Below are positions 43,767-57,100 of a DNA stretch of 64,000 bases, piece by piece. Below the pieces are notes generated by a model, which saw only the letters and a list, made by a program, of their open reading frames with translations, had not been told where the DNA came from and searched no databases. How positions within the stretch are numbered: position 1 is the first letter of the stretch; every line of letters begins with the position of its first letter. The position numbers and the translations under genes were made by a program. Source of the DNA: Heteronotia binoei (Eukaryota); the NCBI RefSeq assembly GCF_032191835.1, contig NC_083226.1:2418001-2482000 (forward strand), written 5' to 3'.

Positions 43767-44040
43767 AGGGCCAGTTTGGTGAAGTGGTTAAGTGTGTGGA
43801 CTCTGGGAGATCTGGGAGACCTGAGTTTGATTCCCCGCTCCTCCACTTGCAGCTGCTGGAATGGCCTTGGGTTAGCCATAGCTGTCATAGGAGTTGTCCT
43901 TGAAAGGGCAGCTTCTGGGAGAGCTCTCTCAGCCCCACCCACCTCACAGGGTGTCTGTTGTGGGGGGAGAAGATATAGCCACTCTGAGACTCTGATTCAG
44001 AGAGAAGGGTGGGGTATAAATCTACAGTTTTCCTCCTCCT
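43767..44040 (+). mobile_element. Squam3-type SINE
   Basis: Head to tail; small duplication (TCTGGGAGA)2. Confidence 0.85.
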
Positions 44041-44479
44041 GATCTTGAACTCAGTTGCAACATTTATTGATCTTGAGGAGATTTTTATGATTATACAAGT
44101 AGGGTTTTTTTACATGTATATTTATTATATTCTGAATGATTATTAGCCTTTGCAATGAATTTTTTCTTCTCCTGAATATCTGTTTCTTTGGGGTGGATTT
44201 TGTTATTGTCTCCCCCCCCCCTCCCTTTTGTATTTGGTCATCTGCAGATTTGGCCAGTGAACTGCTAAGTCCCAGGTCTGCGTCCTTGAGGAATTAACTA
44301 AATCTAATGTGGTGGATGGATGGATGGCAAAAGGGCCAATACCTATCCTTGTGGGAGGCCATTGTTTACTCCCCTCCATTACAAGAACTGTTTACTCCTG
44401 CCCTCCGCTTCCGGTTTAATCTGTCAGTGGACCTGTCTTCTTATTCAGCTGCTGTTAAGTTGGCTCTGGAGACGTCAGT

Positions 44480-44780
44480 AAGGGATTCTGTCAGAAGCTT
44501 TTTGGAAGCCTAATGACTCCTGGAACACTCTTATCCACACACTTGTTAACCCTCTCAAAGAACTCTGAAAGGTCCCTGAAGCAGGACTTCCCTTTGCGGG
44601 AACCGTGATGTTTTTGCTACGTAGGGCTTTATTAGTACATCTGTCTTTAATAACTGTTCCTGCTAATTTGCACAGAACAAACATTATGCTAACTGGCCTG
44701 AAATGTCCTGAGTCTTCTCTGGACTCCTTAAAAAAAACCAGTATTATGCTAGCTAATTTACAGTCTTTTGATAGGGAAGC
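44480..44780 (-). mobile_element. Old CR1 RT fragment
   Basis: FFKESREDSGHFRPVSIMFVLCKLAGTVIKDR resembles CR1 IFKKG...GNYRPVSL. Confidence 0.6.
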
Positions 44781-44956
44781 TGATTTTAATGACAGTGTGT
44801 GTATGTATTGGTTAGAACAAAAGTTCAGTAGCACTGTAAAGAATAACAAAATTTGTGACAGTATGACATTTTGTGAGTTGCCATTCACTTCTTCAGATAG
44901 ATCAAGATGGGTTGCCATGTAAGTTGTCTGTTTGCAGTAGTAGCAGTAGAAAAGAG

Positions 44957-45126
44957 CAGGGGTGAGATTCTAGCAGGGGCTCCTTTGCATATTAGGCCAC
45001 ACCCCCTGATGTAGCCAATCTACCAAGAGCTTACAGGGCTCTTTTTTGAAAGCTCTTGGATGATTGGCTATATCAGAGGTGTGTGGCCTAATATGCAAAG
45101 GAGCTCCTGCTAGAATTCCAACCCTG
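44957..45126. mobile_element. Palindromic hAT MITE
   Basis: Whole-element inverted repeat; perfect 8-bp TSD GAAAAGAG. Confidence 0.9.
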
Positions 45127-45244
45127 GAAAAGAGCAAGAGTTCTGTAGCACCTTAAAACCAACAATTTTTGTGGCAAGATTTGAGCTTTCATGAGTCACT
45201 GCTCACTTCTTTAGAAATTTTGTTAGTCTTTATGGTGCTACCAC

Positions 45245-46335
45245 AGAGTTGGAAGGGGCCATACAGGCCATCTGGTCCCAATCATCTGTTCAATGCAGGA
45301 TCAGCGTAAGGCATCCCTGAGAAGTGCTCATCCAGCCGCTGCTTAAAGACTGCTGGAGGTGGGGGTATCACCACCTCTTTCGGTAGCTGATTCCACTGTA
45401 AAAAAGCTTTCCCTGTATCCAGTCGTTACCTTCCCACCCTTAATTTAAATTGATTATTGTCAGTCCTCTCCTCTGCTGCCGACAGGAACAGCTCCCTGCC
45501 CATCCTCTGAGTGACAGCCCTTCAAATACTTATAACAATTGTGTCCCCCTCAGCCTCCTCTTCTCCAGACGGAACATTCCCAAGTCCCCCAGCCTTTCCT
45601 CCTGGGGCTTGGTCTCCAGGCCCCTGATCAATCTTGTCGCTCTCCTATGCATCCATTCCACTCTGTCCACATCCTTCTTGAAGCGAGGCCTCCAGAACTG
45701 CACACAAAACTCCAGGTGCAGCCTGACCAATGCAACGTACTGCAGGATTAGGACCAATGTTCCCTCTAAACTGTGGAGTCTTGTGAGCAAAAATTCTACT
45801 TTGTGAGCTACTGGCATTAAAGTTCTGAGCTGCTGCATAAATTAGTTTGCTCTGGGGCCATTTTTCCTGAGCTGAGACAAAAATGTGTGAGTTGGAGGCT
45901 AAAAAATCGTGAGCTAGCTTACACCAACTCAGTTTACAGGGAACACTGATTAGGACATCCTGCAATTTGGATGTTATGCCTCTGTTGATACACCCCAAGA
46001 TTGCATTAGGCTTTTTTGTCAGTGCATCGCACCAGCTGCTCATATTTAACCCATACCCAAAGATCTTGTTCACACACACTGCTACCCCAGAATGCATCCC
46101 CCATCCAGTATGTGGGTTCTTCATTTTTGCTACTGTGATGTAGAACTCAGCATTTATCCTTGTTAAATTGCATCTTGTTCATATTCGTCACTTTCCCAGT
46201 ATGTTCCGATCTCATTGAATTCCATTTTTTAAAATTCTATCTCTGTCTTCTGGTGTGTTTGCTGTTCCTCCCGATTTGGGGTCATCTGTGAGTTTAATGA
46301 GTAGACCCTTCACACCCTCATCCAGATCATTGATA
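45245..46335 (-). mobile_element. Older CR1 3' portion interrupted by a MITE
   Basis: [62 protein letters not shown]. Confidence 0.8.
45755..45948 (-). mobile_element. hAT MITE (GTTCCCTCTAA family)
   Basis: Perfect 8-bp TSD ATTAGGAC (45747-45754, 45949-45956). Confidence 0.88.
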
Positions 46336-46528
46336 AAAAATATTGAAAAGTACTGCTCGATGAGATGACAAAGGACTCACTCCCCAGGCATTTGCTGCAG
46401 GTGGTCATCCTCGAAGGAGCGGCTTTGAGGCCCAACAACCTTGATTTTTCCTTTTAGGTTCTGTAGTACAGTAAACATGCAACCCTTCCTCCCTCCCTTT
46501 ATTCCAGCTATCCTGAGGTCATGACGAG

Positions 46529-46722
46529 CAGTGTTTCTTTTAAGCTGAGTTAGCGTGAGCTGGCTCACAGGTTTTTAGCCTCCAGCTCATACAATTTTGT
46601 CTTAGCTCAAGAAGGATGGCCCCAGAGCACAATCACTTACGCAGTAGCTCACAACTTTAATGCCAGTCGCTCACAAAGTGGAATTTTTAGTCTCAAGACT
46701 CCACATCTTAGAGAGAACATTG
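46529..46722 (+). mobile_element. hAT MITE (same family), diverged
   Basis: Colinear with 30017-30210. Confidence 0.7.
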
Positions 46723-47914
46723 GTCATGAGTCTTTTCCCCCAAACACTGTTGCTGTAATCCTGTGCCCCCCAATAGCAAATGTTTCCCACTTGCTAAAAG
46801 CGAAGATTGCTTATTTCAGTTTTTCCCAAGAAGGATAATTTAAAAAGAGAGAAGTTATCAGGATGGGTTTGTACTGAGTTCCTGACACAACCCCTGCTGT
46901 TCACGAAAAAGAGGGGGGGAGGGAAGGGGGCCTGAAACAAGCCCTTTTTGACAGCTTTCCCAGGAAGTAATATTTTCTTCAGAAGGAGGGTCAGTCTACT
47001 TTTATTTTTTAACCATCCCCCCCTTATATTTCAAGCACAGGAAGTGATTTAAATTTACAGCCAGTTTTGAAGGCATGAAGTAAGTTCAGCCCCAGAAGTT
47101 TTCCTGTTGAGGCATTAATCTAATTCCATGAAAGGAAAGCTGATTTTTCATCTGTAAAAGAGATAAAGGGGTCTGGTGCGGCACACCATTACTCTGAGTT
47201 CCTGTGATGAAGAAGCTTAGCTTTGACACCAATGCGTTTATCAGCCTAACTAGTGGGAGATTTTGTCCTTTTATCCAAAAACAATATTAATGGATTACAA
47301 TATGCCTTTGGTTTGGGAAGAAAGCAAGAGTGTTTATTGAAAATAACCTTTTTTTGAAGCAGCTAATTTAGCACGTACATTTTTCACGTACCTAAGGGAG
47401 CAGTATAATGGCTTTGAATTGATATTAAAATAAGTGAGTATTTAATAATTACAAAGTTGTTTTACAATTCTAGCTGTAACTTCTCCTTTCTGGATCAACT
47501 TTAATTGAAGCCTGAGGATACATTGCTCAGAAAATTGTCTTAGTTCAGTACACAGCACTCCAAGCTCTTGTGGCAAATCGTTACAGGCTTCTGTCAGGTG
47601 GCTAAGCTGCTGCGGTATTATGACCCGGTAAGACTGCTCAGACCAATTCTGGTTGCCTGCAAATTTGCTACATATCCAGTATTAGCACTTAATTGCAGGA
47701 TTGGCTTTTGCTGTGCTTTTTGTAGGAGCGTAAGATTTTCTAACAAATCCGGGAATCACAAGAGGAGGAAATGAGTTCTGCTGACTCAAGAAGACTTCTT
47801 TGAACAGCAGTCCCCTACTGGGTGTGCTTTCACCCCAAAGACAGCTGTTTGAATCTGCTGTGGAGGGCAGTAGTGTAAGGTTGTTGTACAAATGGTTGAT
47901 TCTAACATCTCACC

Positions 47915-48085
47915 CAGGGGTGGAATTCTAGCAGGAGCTCCTTTGCATATTAGGCCACACACCCCTGATATAGCCAATCCTCCAAGAGCTTACAAGGTTC
48001 TTTTTTGTAAGCTCTTGGAAGATTGGCTGCATCAGGGGTGTGTGGCCTAATATGCAAAGGAGCTCCTACTAGAATTCCACCCCTG
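47915..48085. mobile_element. 171-bp palindromic hAT MITE
   Basis: CAGGGGTGGAATTCTAGCAGGAGCTCC ... GGAGCTCCTACTAGAATTCCACCCCTG; perfect TSD ATCTCACC. Confidence 0.92.
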
Positions 48086-48648
48086 ATCTCACCTAAGTTG
48101 AATATACAACAACCAAGCATCATCTACTCCGTGGGATTTACTGATATTGGTCCTTTATAAACCCACCTTGCTGTTTTAAACAATCCCTTTTTCGGTGTAT
48201 AATTTGGCATGCTTCTGCCTTAATACTTTCCTCACCATTTTAAATGACTGTAATGATTTTTAAAGCTGCTTGTAAATGGAACATCACCTTCTGCTTTATC
48301 TCCTGTGCTTTTCAAAATGTTTAAAACTGCTAATCTTTTTGTGGTTGGGAAGGATCTGTGGAAGGTGGGAGTGGCTGCAAGGCTAATGGTGGAAATGCTG
48401 ACCAAACTACCACCCCAGCCAGGGTTTCCTGGCAGGTTCCAGAAGGGAGTTGGAGGCTGGAGCACCAATCTTTGCCAGGGTGCAGTGGGAGGGGACATCA
48501 GCAAAAGCTTATTTCCACCACCATCGTGCTGCCTCTCTGACCTGCCTCAGAGATGGTACACAGGGGTGGTGAGGGGGCAAGCAGTTCATCTTTTTCCCAC
48601 ATGAGACCACACATGCATAGGCCAGCCGTAGAGATGAAGGTTCTAGAG

Positions 48649-48895
48649 CAGTGGTGTCAAATATGCAGCCCGGGGGCCAAATGAGGCCCCCGGAGGGCTC
48701 CTATCAGGCCCCTAAGAGACTGACTGTCATCTGCTTCCTTCTCCCTCTCTTGCTTTCTTCTGCATCACAGCTTGCCTTGTAAGGCTTTCTCAATTACAGA
48801 GGAGCTGCAGAGCAAAATCTCTTATTTTCTCCATTGGCTGAGGCCCCTCCCTTGGGGAGGCAGTGGGGAGGAAGCAGAGCTTGCTTTTGGCAGGG
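48649..48895 (-). mobile_element. Partial hAT MITE (CAGGGGTGTCAAAC family)
   Basis: Reverse complement of the 3' half of the family. Confidence 0.7.
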
Positions 48896-48941
48896 GAGGA
48901 GCTCTCATGTCACTGCTCACATTTTCAGTTTTGTGTTAGAG

Positions 48942-49547
48942 CAGGGGTGTCGAACTCATTTGTTTTGAGGGCCGGATCTGACATAAATTAGACCTTGTTG
49001 GGCCGAGCCATGTCAGGCTGTGCCGTGTGTGTACCCATTTAAGATTAGGTAGCAGAGAAGTAAACTTTATAAAGGACACAGACAAACACAAAGTTTTTTT
49101 TTAAAAAAAACGTTAAAATAAAACATGCTTAAAACATTAGCACGCATTGATGTTAAAGGTGCTTTCTTTGTACCTTTCCCATGGGATCCAGGGAACTAGG
49201 CAAAGGAAGCTCTGGCTCTTTTCTTCATTCCCAGGGGACCAGGAAAGGAAGGAGCCTCAGCCAATAGAAGGAAGAGAGGCTTGGCTCAGTAGCTCTGCTG
49301 TGCAATTGAGAGAGCCTGGCAATCAAGCTCCCCTTCCTCCCCAAGGGAGGAGCCTCAGCCAATGGAGAAAATAAGACTTTGCTCTGTAGCTCCTGTGTGA
49401 TTGAACAAGCCTTGCAAAGCCAGCTGTTATGCTGAAGGTAGCAAGAGATAATAAGAAAGAAGCAGACAATAGCCAGTTGCTTGGGGGCCTGATAGGAGCC
49501 CTCTGAAGGCCTGATTTGCCTCTGGGGCCGCATGTTTGACACCCCTG
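48942..49547 (+). mobile_element. hAT MITE, full length
   Basis: TIRs CAGGGGTGTCGAAC / GTTTGACACCCCTG; TSD TGTTAGAG/TGTTAGAC. Confidence 0.88.
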
Positions 49548-51746
49548 TGTTAGACTTTTCAACCTTGGAATGTTGGGTGTCCAGTAAGACACAGCCTGGA
49601 GCCTGCAATTTCTTCTACCTTTATACTTCATTCTAGTTCTGATTATCTTGTAGCTCTGTCAAGGTACCATGAATTCTGCCAACCTAGCAAATGTGAATTG
49701 GAAGTTGTGCAATTGTTCCCATGGGTCAGTTGCTGATTCCGAAATAAAGGCAGTAAATCCATAATACCTAATTAGCCAAGGCTCTCTGCTTGACTTTCGG
49801 TTCTGATACATCTGTCTCCCTGCAAACAAATCCAAGATTGAAGCTAGCAGAGGGGTTGTTAACTTGACTAACTGAACAACTGTCGTTCCTGCGGTCACTG
49901 TAATATAATCAGCAGAAAAGGCAGTCTCCTATCTTGTGGCATTTACAGTCTAAATGTTGACAGTGGGAAAGACAAGAAAGTAACCTTGTAATCTTTGAGA
50001 ATCCTGAACGTGCAACACACTTGAAGTCTGTGTTAGGGATGGGCACGGAATGTGAAAATGGTGGTTAATTTCATTTTGTTATTTGTTTTATTTCTAACCC
50101 AGTTTGTGGTTCATTGGTTTGTGGGGTGTAAAACTCACCAGGGGTCTTCAGCAGGCTCTCCTCCACCCAACCTCCAAGTTTGGTGAAGATTGGATTTGGA
50201 AAGTCTGAGTTATAGACCCCCAATGCAGGTGCCCCCAGGAAAGCTCAGCAGTCACTGATAATTCTTTGTGCTGCAGAATGGGAGCTCTGTAATTGGCTCC
50301 TGGATCTGCCAGTCAAACCAGAGACAACTGTGTTGAAGGACAGAAGTCCAGCCCCAGCGTTGCCTAACAATTGACTGAATCAGCCCCAGCGGACTGTTTT
50401 GCTACCTACTGCTTGGTAGCAAGCGCAAGATAAATCTGATCAAAGATTGGATAGAAGCTTGCATGTTCTAAGAGAGTGGTTGGAACCCAGATAGATACCT
50501 GAAGTATGCTCAATTGCTTCAGTAACCCAGGGATATTTTAATGACCCCTTTATGAATAGCTGAACCTGGTATCAAGATCACAATCTGATTTTTTGAATAT
50601 TCGTTTATTAACTTGCCATAAGGAATGGGGACATTTCAAGGTAGTACAAAGTTCAGAACCCCCTGATTCTGACTGATTCTCCTTCATTGTGTATGTGTGT
50701 GTCTGCGCTGTCTCTAGTCGGATATGAGCCATTTCTAGAAATTGGTGTTGGGGGGGGGGGGTTACAGAAGAAGAATATAAACATAATAAACATGATTATG
50801 TAGCTTTTGAATTAACACAATTTTTTAACAAGAATAAAATCTATACTGTGTTTTTGCTGTTATTGGGTGACGTGAATTACGTGTTCATTTGTAGATTCAG
50901 TCTACCGATTCCTCGGTAATCCTTTCTTTCTTGGCAAACTGCATTGCGTGATTGTTGCTTGTTCTCAGAAATTAAGAACTTGTGTCAGCTAAAAGACACA
51001 ATTGAATGTTCGTTGATTCGATGACAGGTTGTGTTTTTGACTGCGCTTGATTTGGAGCATGCAGAATCACAGACACAGAGATAGACCTCTTTGTACCATA
51101 GTGGCTGGGAGTCTGAAAGTAGCTCCGTTTCTTAATGAACACATCCAGAGCTACTTAGGCACAAGAATTTATCTTTTTAAAATAAAGGATGGGCAGCAAG
51201 CGCATGCAGCAGGCAGGCAGTACACAAAGCCGGAGGGGGGGGGGGACCACAATGTTACCATATGGAGGGCAGCAGATTCATTCTGCGTAAAACAAAGATG
51301 TGTTTCTGTGGGGCGACAACATGCTTCTCATCTCCTTGACAACAATTCTAATGACCTCAGCTTGGGTGATCAATATTTGATCTTTTTCCCACCGTGCAAA
51401 TGTGTCGCTTTCCCTTCGCTTTGGGGCAATTTGCAGCCAAGTGGGGTCCATTCTAGCTGTGCTTTCTGGCCTTGGGCCAAGGTCCTTCTCACCAGGACAG
51501 TGCAGGCCTCGGATTGATGTGAGTTTGCTGGTCTCCCGGGGAGGGGTTTCTACAAGTTAAGGCAATTAAAAGCCTTGACTGACATTTCACTCATTGTCAT
51601 TATTGTAGGTCAATAATTTTGCTTTTAAAACTGGTTTCCATCATTTTATGATCTCATTTCCAGATCCTCTGATTTGATAACCACATTTTGGGGGGGAGGG
51701 GGACAGCATTGTTTATGTGGCTTTTTAAAAAAATTAATAATAATAC

Positions 51747-52690
51747 TTTTTATTTGTATCCCGCCCTCCCCGCCAGGGCAGGCTCAGGGCGGCTCACAAC
51801 ATAAGAATACAATACACAACAACAGTTATACTTATAAAATCATCATTAAAACAATTTACAAGTTATATTAAAATTAACATTATGGTGCTATAAACATTAA
51901 ATCTTCAGTAAGGTTCAGTAGCTAAAAACATATCCAGCGGCACTTTCTTGGCTTGGCATTAGTTGAAGGCTATTTTGAAGAGGTAGGTCTTACAGGCCCT
52001 GCGGAATTGATCTAAACATCGCAGGGCCCGCACCTCTTCTGGGAGTTGATTCCAGTGGAGCTGCAATAGAGAAGGCCCGATCCCGGGTTGTCTTCAATCT
52101 GGCCTCCCTTGGCCCAGGAATATTCAGCTGGTTCTTTCCAGCTGACCTCAGCGCTCTCTGGGGCTCATATGGGGAGAGACGGTCCCTCAGGTAGGCAGGT
52201 CCTCGGCCATATAGGGCTTTAAAGGTAATAACCAGCACTTTGTAACGAACTCGGTATACCACTGGCAGCCAGTGCAGTCCACGCAGCCCCGGCTGTATGT
52301 GCTCCCATCTTGGGAGCCCCAACAGCAGCCTAGCCGCCGCGTTCTGCACCAGCTGCAGCCGCTGAGTTCGGCACAAGGGCAGCCCCATGTAGAGGGCGTT
52401 GCAGTAATCTAGTCTTGAGGTGACCGTAGCATGGATCACCGTTGCTAGGTCCCGGCGCTCCAGGAAGGGGGCCAACTGCTTCGCCCGTCGAAGATGAAAA
52501 AACGCGGACTTGGCAGTGGCCGCTATCTTGGCAGCGGCTGCTCCATTGATAATGAAGGCTCCAGAAGAACCCCCAAGCTCTTGACCCTATGGGCTGCTTT
52601 CAGCAGCACACCGTCAAAGACCGGCAAGGGGATTTCCCTTCCTAGGGCACCGCGGCCCAAGCAAAGGACCTCGGTCTTCGTTGGTGTAAT
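51747..52690 (-). mobile_element. Relatively young L2 LINE, 5'-truncated
   Basis: LATVIHATVTSRLDYCNALYMGLP...LQLVQNAAARLL...LHWLPV...KALYGRGPAYLRDRL; L2 tail at about 51750-51800. Confidence 0.9.
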
Positions 52691-52790
52691 GCTGAATGTG
52701 GCATTCAGCATTACACTGAGGAGAAAACATACACTGAGGAGAAAGCATTACACTGAGGAGAAAACATTCAGCATTACACTGAGGAGAAAA
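52684..52790. repeat. 15-bp-arm palindrome followed by four copies of ACACTGAGGAGAAA
   Basis: GTGTAATGCTGAATG-tgg-CATTCAGCATTACAC (52684-52716); repeats start at 52713, 52731, 52750 and 52776. Confidence 0.85.
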
Positions 52791-53876
52791 CATAACAGAC
52801 TTTGTGATTTGAAAGAGTGTAGGAGAAGCAGAGCCAGCACATGGGAGTCAGCGAAGTAGGCGCCTGCCTGGGGCACCACCTCGTTGCAAGGGTGGGGGGC
52901 AGGCACCCCTTCCCCGCTTGTGCTGACCTGAATGTGCAGCTCCGGCCACCCCTTGAACGCCCCTCCCACTTCAGAGGGAGTCAGGAAGAGGCTGCCTCCT
53001 TCTTTCTGAAGTGCTTGGCAAGTTTAGAAAGAAGGCAGCGGCCTCTGTCCGGCTCCCGCTGAAACAGAAGAGGGCTGCACATGGGGCAGCCTGAGCTGCA
53101 TGTTCTAAGCACCACCACCACCACCCCGCCCCAATGTCAAGAATGTCTCTGTATCCCTCTTGCCATGGTTTTGTTGTAACAGGATAGTTTGGCTTGAATG
53201 CATTCCCGCTTAGCTCATCTTGCTTCTACAGTCTTATCTGAGGAACTTATTCTTGAAGCAGTTTCTACCGACCAAGGTCAGCCGCTAACGAAGTACAGAT
53301 AACCACCTGGACTCCAAGACTTGCGGGGAGCGAGTACCATCAAAAGCTGCTTTTGCTTTGCCACACTTGCACTTGAATTATAACGGTTGGGATGAGGGGT
53401 TAAATAGAGAGGCACTGGGCTAAGACGTTAGTCTTAGCAAGGATCTGGTGTACTGCCTCACAGTACCTGGAATAAACTACTGAACTGTTTACCTGAGTTG
53501 TTCCTTGAGTCAGTGTCCTGACACCCAGCACCCCACCACCTTGCCTCAGTCGCCACTGCCATAGGGACCTTGATGCCCACACCACCCCCCTTCCTTGTGC
53601 TCTCTTTTCTCGGGCCCCCTTTACCTGGCCCTCTTCTGCTTCAGAGAAAGCCGGGAAGAGGCTGCCCTCTTCACGGCTCCCTTTGAAGAGGGAGAGGGCC
53701 AGGCTGAGCATCCTAAAGAGCGCACAGCCTGATGACATCACTTCCAGTGACGTCATTGGTCCGCACACACTTTGCACATGTGAAAAAACTTAGGAGGGGG
53801 CAGGGGTGGGAGGGTGGCCTGAAGCGCTAGGAACCTTAGCGCCAGGCCTGAGGAGAAGTTTGGATTAGGGTTGCAA

Positions 53877-54035
53877 GAGGCAGCCAACATGGTAGAATGA
53901 GTAGGTTACCACACTGAGTTCAGGGAGACCCAGGTTCAAGTCTCTGCTCAGCTGTGAAGCTGTGACCTGAGAGACCTCGAGGAGGAGAGAAGGCTGCATA
54001 CCATCCTGAACTTCTTGGACAGGATAAAATTGAAA
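53877..54035 (+). mobile_element. Old Squam3/MIR-like SINE
   Basis: Degenerate tRNA head with B box AGGTTCAAGTC. Confidence 0.4.
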
Positions 54036-54102
54036 GAATAAAGAGAGTAACAAGCACAGGGTAAACTGCAAATAACATAAGAGAATAATATGTCTGAAAA
54101 TA

Positions 54103-57100
54103 ACATAAGAGAAGCCATGTTGGATCAGGCCAGTGGCCCATCCAGTCCAACACTCTGTATCACACAGTGGCCAATACACACACACACACACACACACACA
54201 CAGTGTGGCTAATAGCCACTGATGGACCTCTGCTCCATATTTTTATCCAATCCCGTCTTGAAGCTGGCTATGCTTGTAGCCACCACCACTTCCTATGGCA
54301 GTGAATTCTACATGTTAATCACTCTTTGGGTGAAGAAGTACTTCCTTTTATCTGTTTTAACTTGACTTCTCAGCAATTTCATCGAATGCCCACGAGTTCT
54401 TGTATTGTGAGAAAGGGAGAAAAGGACTTCTTTCTCTTCTTTCTCCATCCCATGCATAATCTTGTAAACCTCTATCATGTCACCCCGCAGTCGACGTTTC
54501 TCCAAGCTAGAGCCCCAAGCGTTTTAACCTTTCTTCATAGGGAAAGTGTTCCAACCCTTTAATCATTCTAGTTGCCCTTTTCTGCGCTTATTCCAATGCT
54601 ATAATATCCTTTTTGAGGTGCGGTGACCAGAATTGCACACAGTACTCCAAATGAGACCACACCATCGGTTTATACAGGGGCCTTATGATACTGGCTGATT
54701 TGTTTTCAATTCCCTTCCTAATAATTCCCAGCATGGCGTTGGCCTTTTTTATTGCAAATGCACACTGTCTTGACATTTTCAGTGAGTTATCTACCATGAC
54801 CCCAAGATTTCTCTCTTGCTTAGTCTCTGCCAGTTCACAACCCATCAACTTGTATTTGTAGCTGGGAAACTTACCCAGCCTCAACAGATCCCTTTGGAGT
54901 GCCTCACAATCCTCACTGGTTCTCACCACCCTGAACAATTTAGTGTCATCTGCAAACTTGGCCACTTCACTGCTCCCTCCCAACTCCAGATCATTAATGA
55001 ACAAGTTAAAGAGCATGGGACCCAGTACTGAGCCTTGCGGCACCCCACTGCTTACCGTCTTCCACTGCGAAGACTGCTCATTTATACTCACTCTCTGCTT
55101 CCTATTAATTAGCCAGTTTTTGATCCACAAGAGGACCTGTCCTTTTACTCTATGACAATCGAGCTTACTAAAGAGCCTTTGATGAGGAACTTTATCAAAA
55201 GCTTTCTGGAAGTCAAGGTAAACAACATCTATTGGGTCTCCTTTGTCCACATGCTTGTTCACACCCTCAAGAACTGCAACAGGTTAGTGAGGCAAGATCT
55301 TCCCTTGCAGAACCCATGCTGAGTCTTCCTCAATAACCCGTGTTCATCAATGTGCCTACCCATTCTGTCCTTGATAATGTCAGCGAAGGTTCATTGAGGT
55401 TTCCAAATAAGCAGACTTGTTATTTGAAACAAAGTTGCATTTATTGTATACTCCAAAGTTACTCCAGCATGATAGGCATTGAAACTGATGACAAGCAGTT
55501 CGCATCATTGGTATTTAACATTCTACATCAAAGCAATTGCATCTACCCCCCAGTTCCCAAAACAAAGGCTGCTTTTGCATGTGAGACTTTTCACATGGCT
55601 CCCCCTTATCTTTTTCAGTTGGTGGTTACATTTCCCGGCGGCAATGTCCTTGCTGCCTCTAGGGAGGGAGGTGAGAATCTGCCAGGCATTCTCCACTTCA
55701 AAGACTGCCTAACACCCTTTGATATTCCTGGGAAGTTATTCTTCGGCTATTCCCTACTTGACCCCCCTTCTACTTTCCTACTGTCATAGGTTAGTGAGCA
55801 TATATATGCACTAATCAATTTGGTTAGTAATCAGCATTCAGCAACAGTATCAATGAACAGAGTCTGACAGATAATGGATTCTGCCAACTTTTCCGGTATT
55901 GAAGTCAGACTGACTGGCCTGTAATTTCCCGGATCTCCTCTGGAACCCTTTTAAAAGATGGGGGTGACATTTGCTACCTTCCAGTCCTCAGGAACAGAGG
56001 CAGATTTCAATGAAAGATTACATATTTTTGTCAGGAGATCCACAAGTTCAACTTTGAGTTTTTTCAGAACTCTTAGATGTATGCCATCCAGACCTGGTGA
56101 CTTATTAGTTTTTAATTCATCAAACAGTTGTAGGACCTCCTCTCTTGTCACCTCAATCTGACTCAGGTCTTTCAACACCCCTTCCAAAATTAGTGGTTCT
56201 GGAGCAGGCAAGCACTTTTCATCTTCCACAGTGACGACGGAGGCAAAAAAATGCATTCAGCTTCTCAGCCATTTTCCTATCCTCCTTCAGTAATCCTTTT
56301 ATCCCTTGGTCGTCCAAGGGCCCCACTGCCTCCCTGGCTGGTTTCCTGCTTTTGATATATTTGAAGAAATTTTTATTGTTGGTCTTTATGTTTTTTGCAA
56401 TATGTTCCTCATAGTCCCTTTTTGCCTGCCTGATCACAGTCTTGCATTTGATTTGCCACAGCCTGTGTTCCCTTTTATTAATCTCACTTGGACTATCTTT
56501 CCACCGATTAAAGGAATCCTTCTTACCTTTTACAGCTTTCATTACTTTGTTTGTTAACCATGCAGGCCTTTTCTTATACCTGTTTGTGCCTTTCCTAACT
56601 TGTGGTATATATTTTATCCAAGCTTCTAGGATTGTAGTTTTAAATAGTCTCCAAGCTTCCCCAAGGGTTTTGACTGTATTTACTTTTCCTTTCAGTTTCC
56701 TCTTCACATGCCTCCTCATTTCAGAGAATTTACCCCTTTTAATGTTAAATGTGGTTGTGGCGGTCTTTTGGAGCAACTCCCTATTTATGCAAATGGTGAA
56801 ATCAATAACGTTATGGTCTCTGCTCCCAAGCGGTGCGATCACTTTTACAACTCTCACCAAGTCTTGGGCATTACTTAGGACCAAAACCAGGATCGCTCCA
56901 CCCCTGGTAGGTTCTGTGACCGTCTGCGCCATAGCACAGTCATTGAGAGCATCTAGAAACTCAATCTCTTTCTCTCGACCAGAACACATACTGACCCAAT
57001 CAATCTGCGTGTAGTTAAAATCACCTATTACGACACAATTTTTACGTTTAGCTACTAGTTTTTATGTTTAGCCACTATCTTTAATCCTTCCATCGTATTA

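Noticed and set aside
53400-53850. TGACATCAC/GTGACGTCA hairpin region as a CRE-containing promoter
   Set aside because: Context resembles a degraded non-autonomous transposon; termini could not be defined and nothing supports a transcript.
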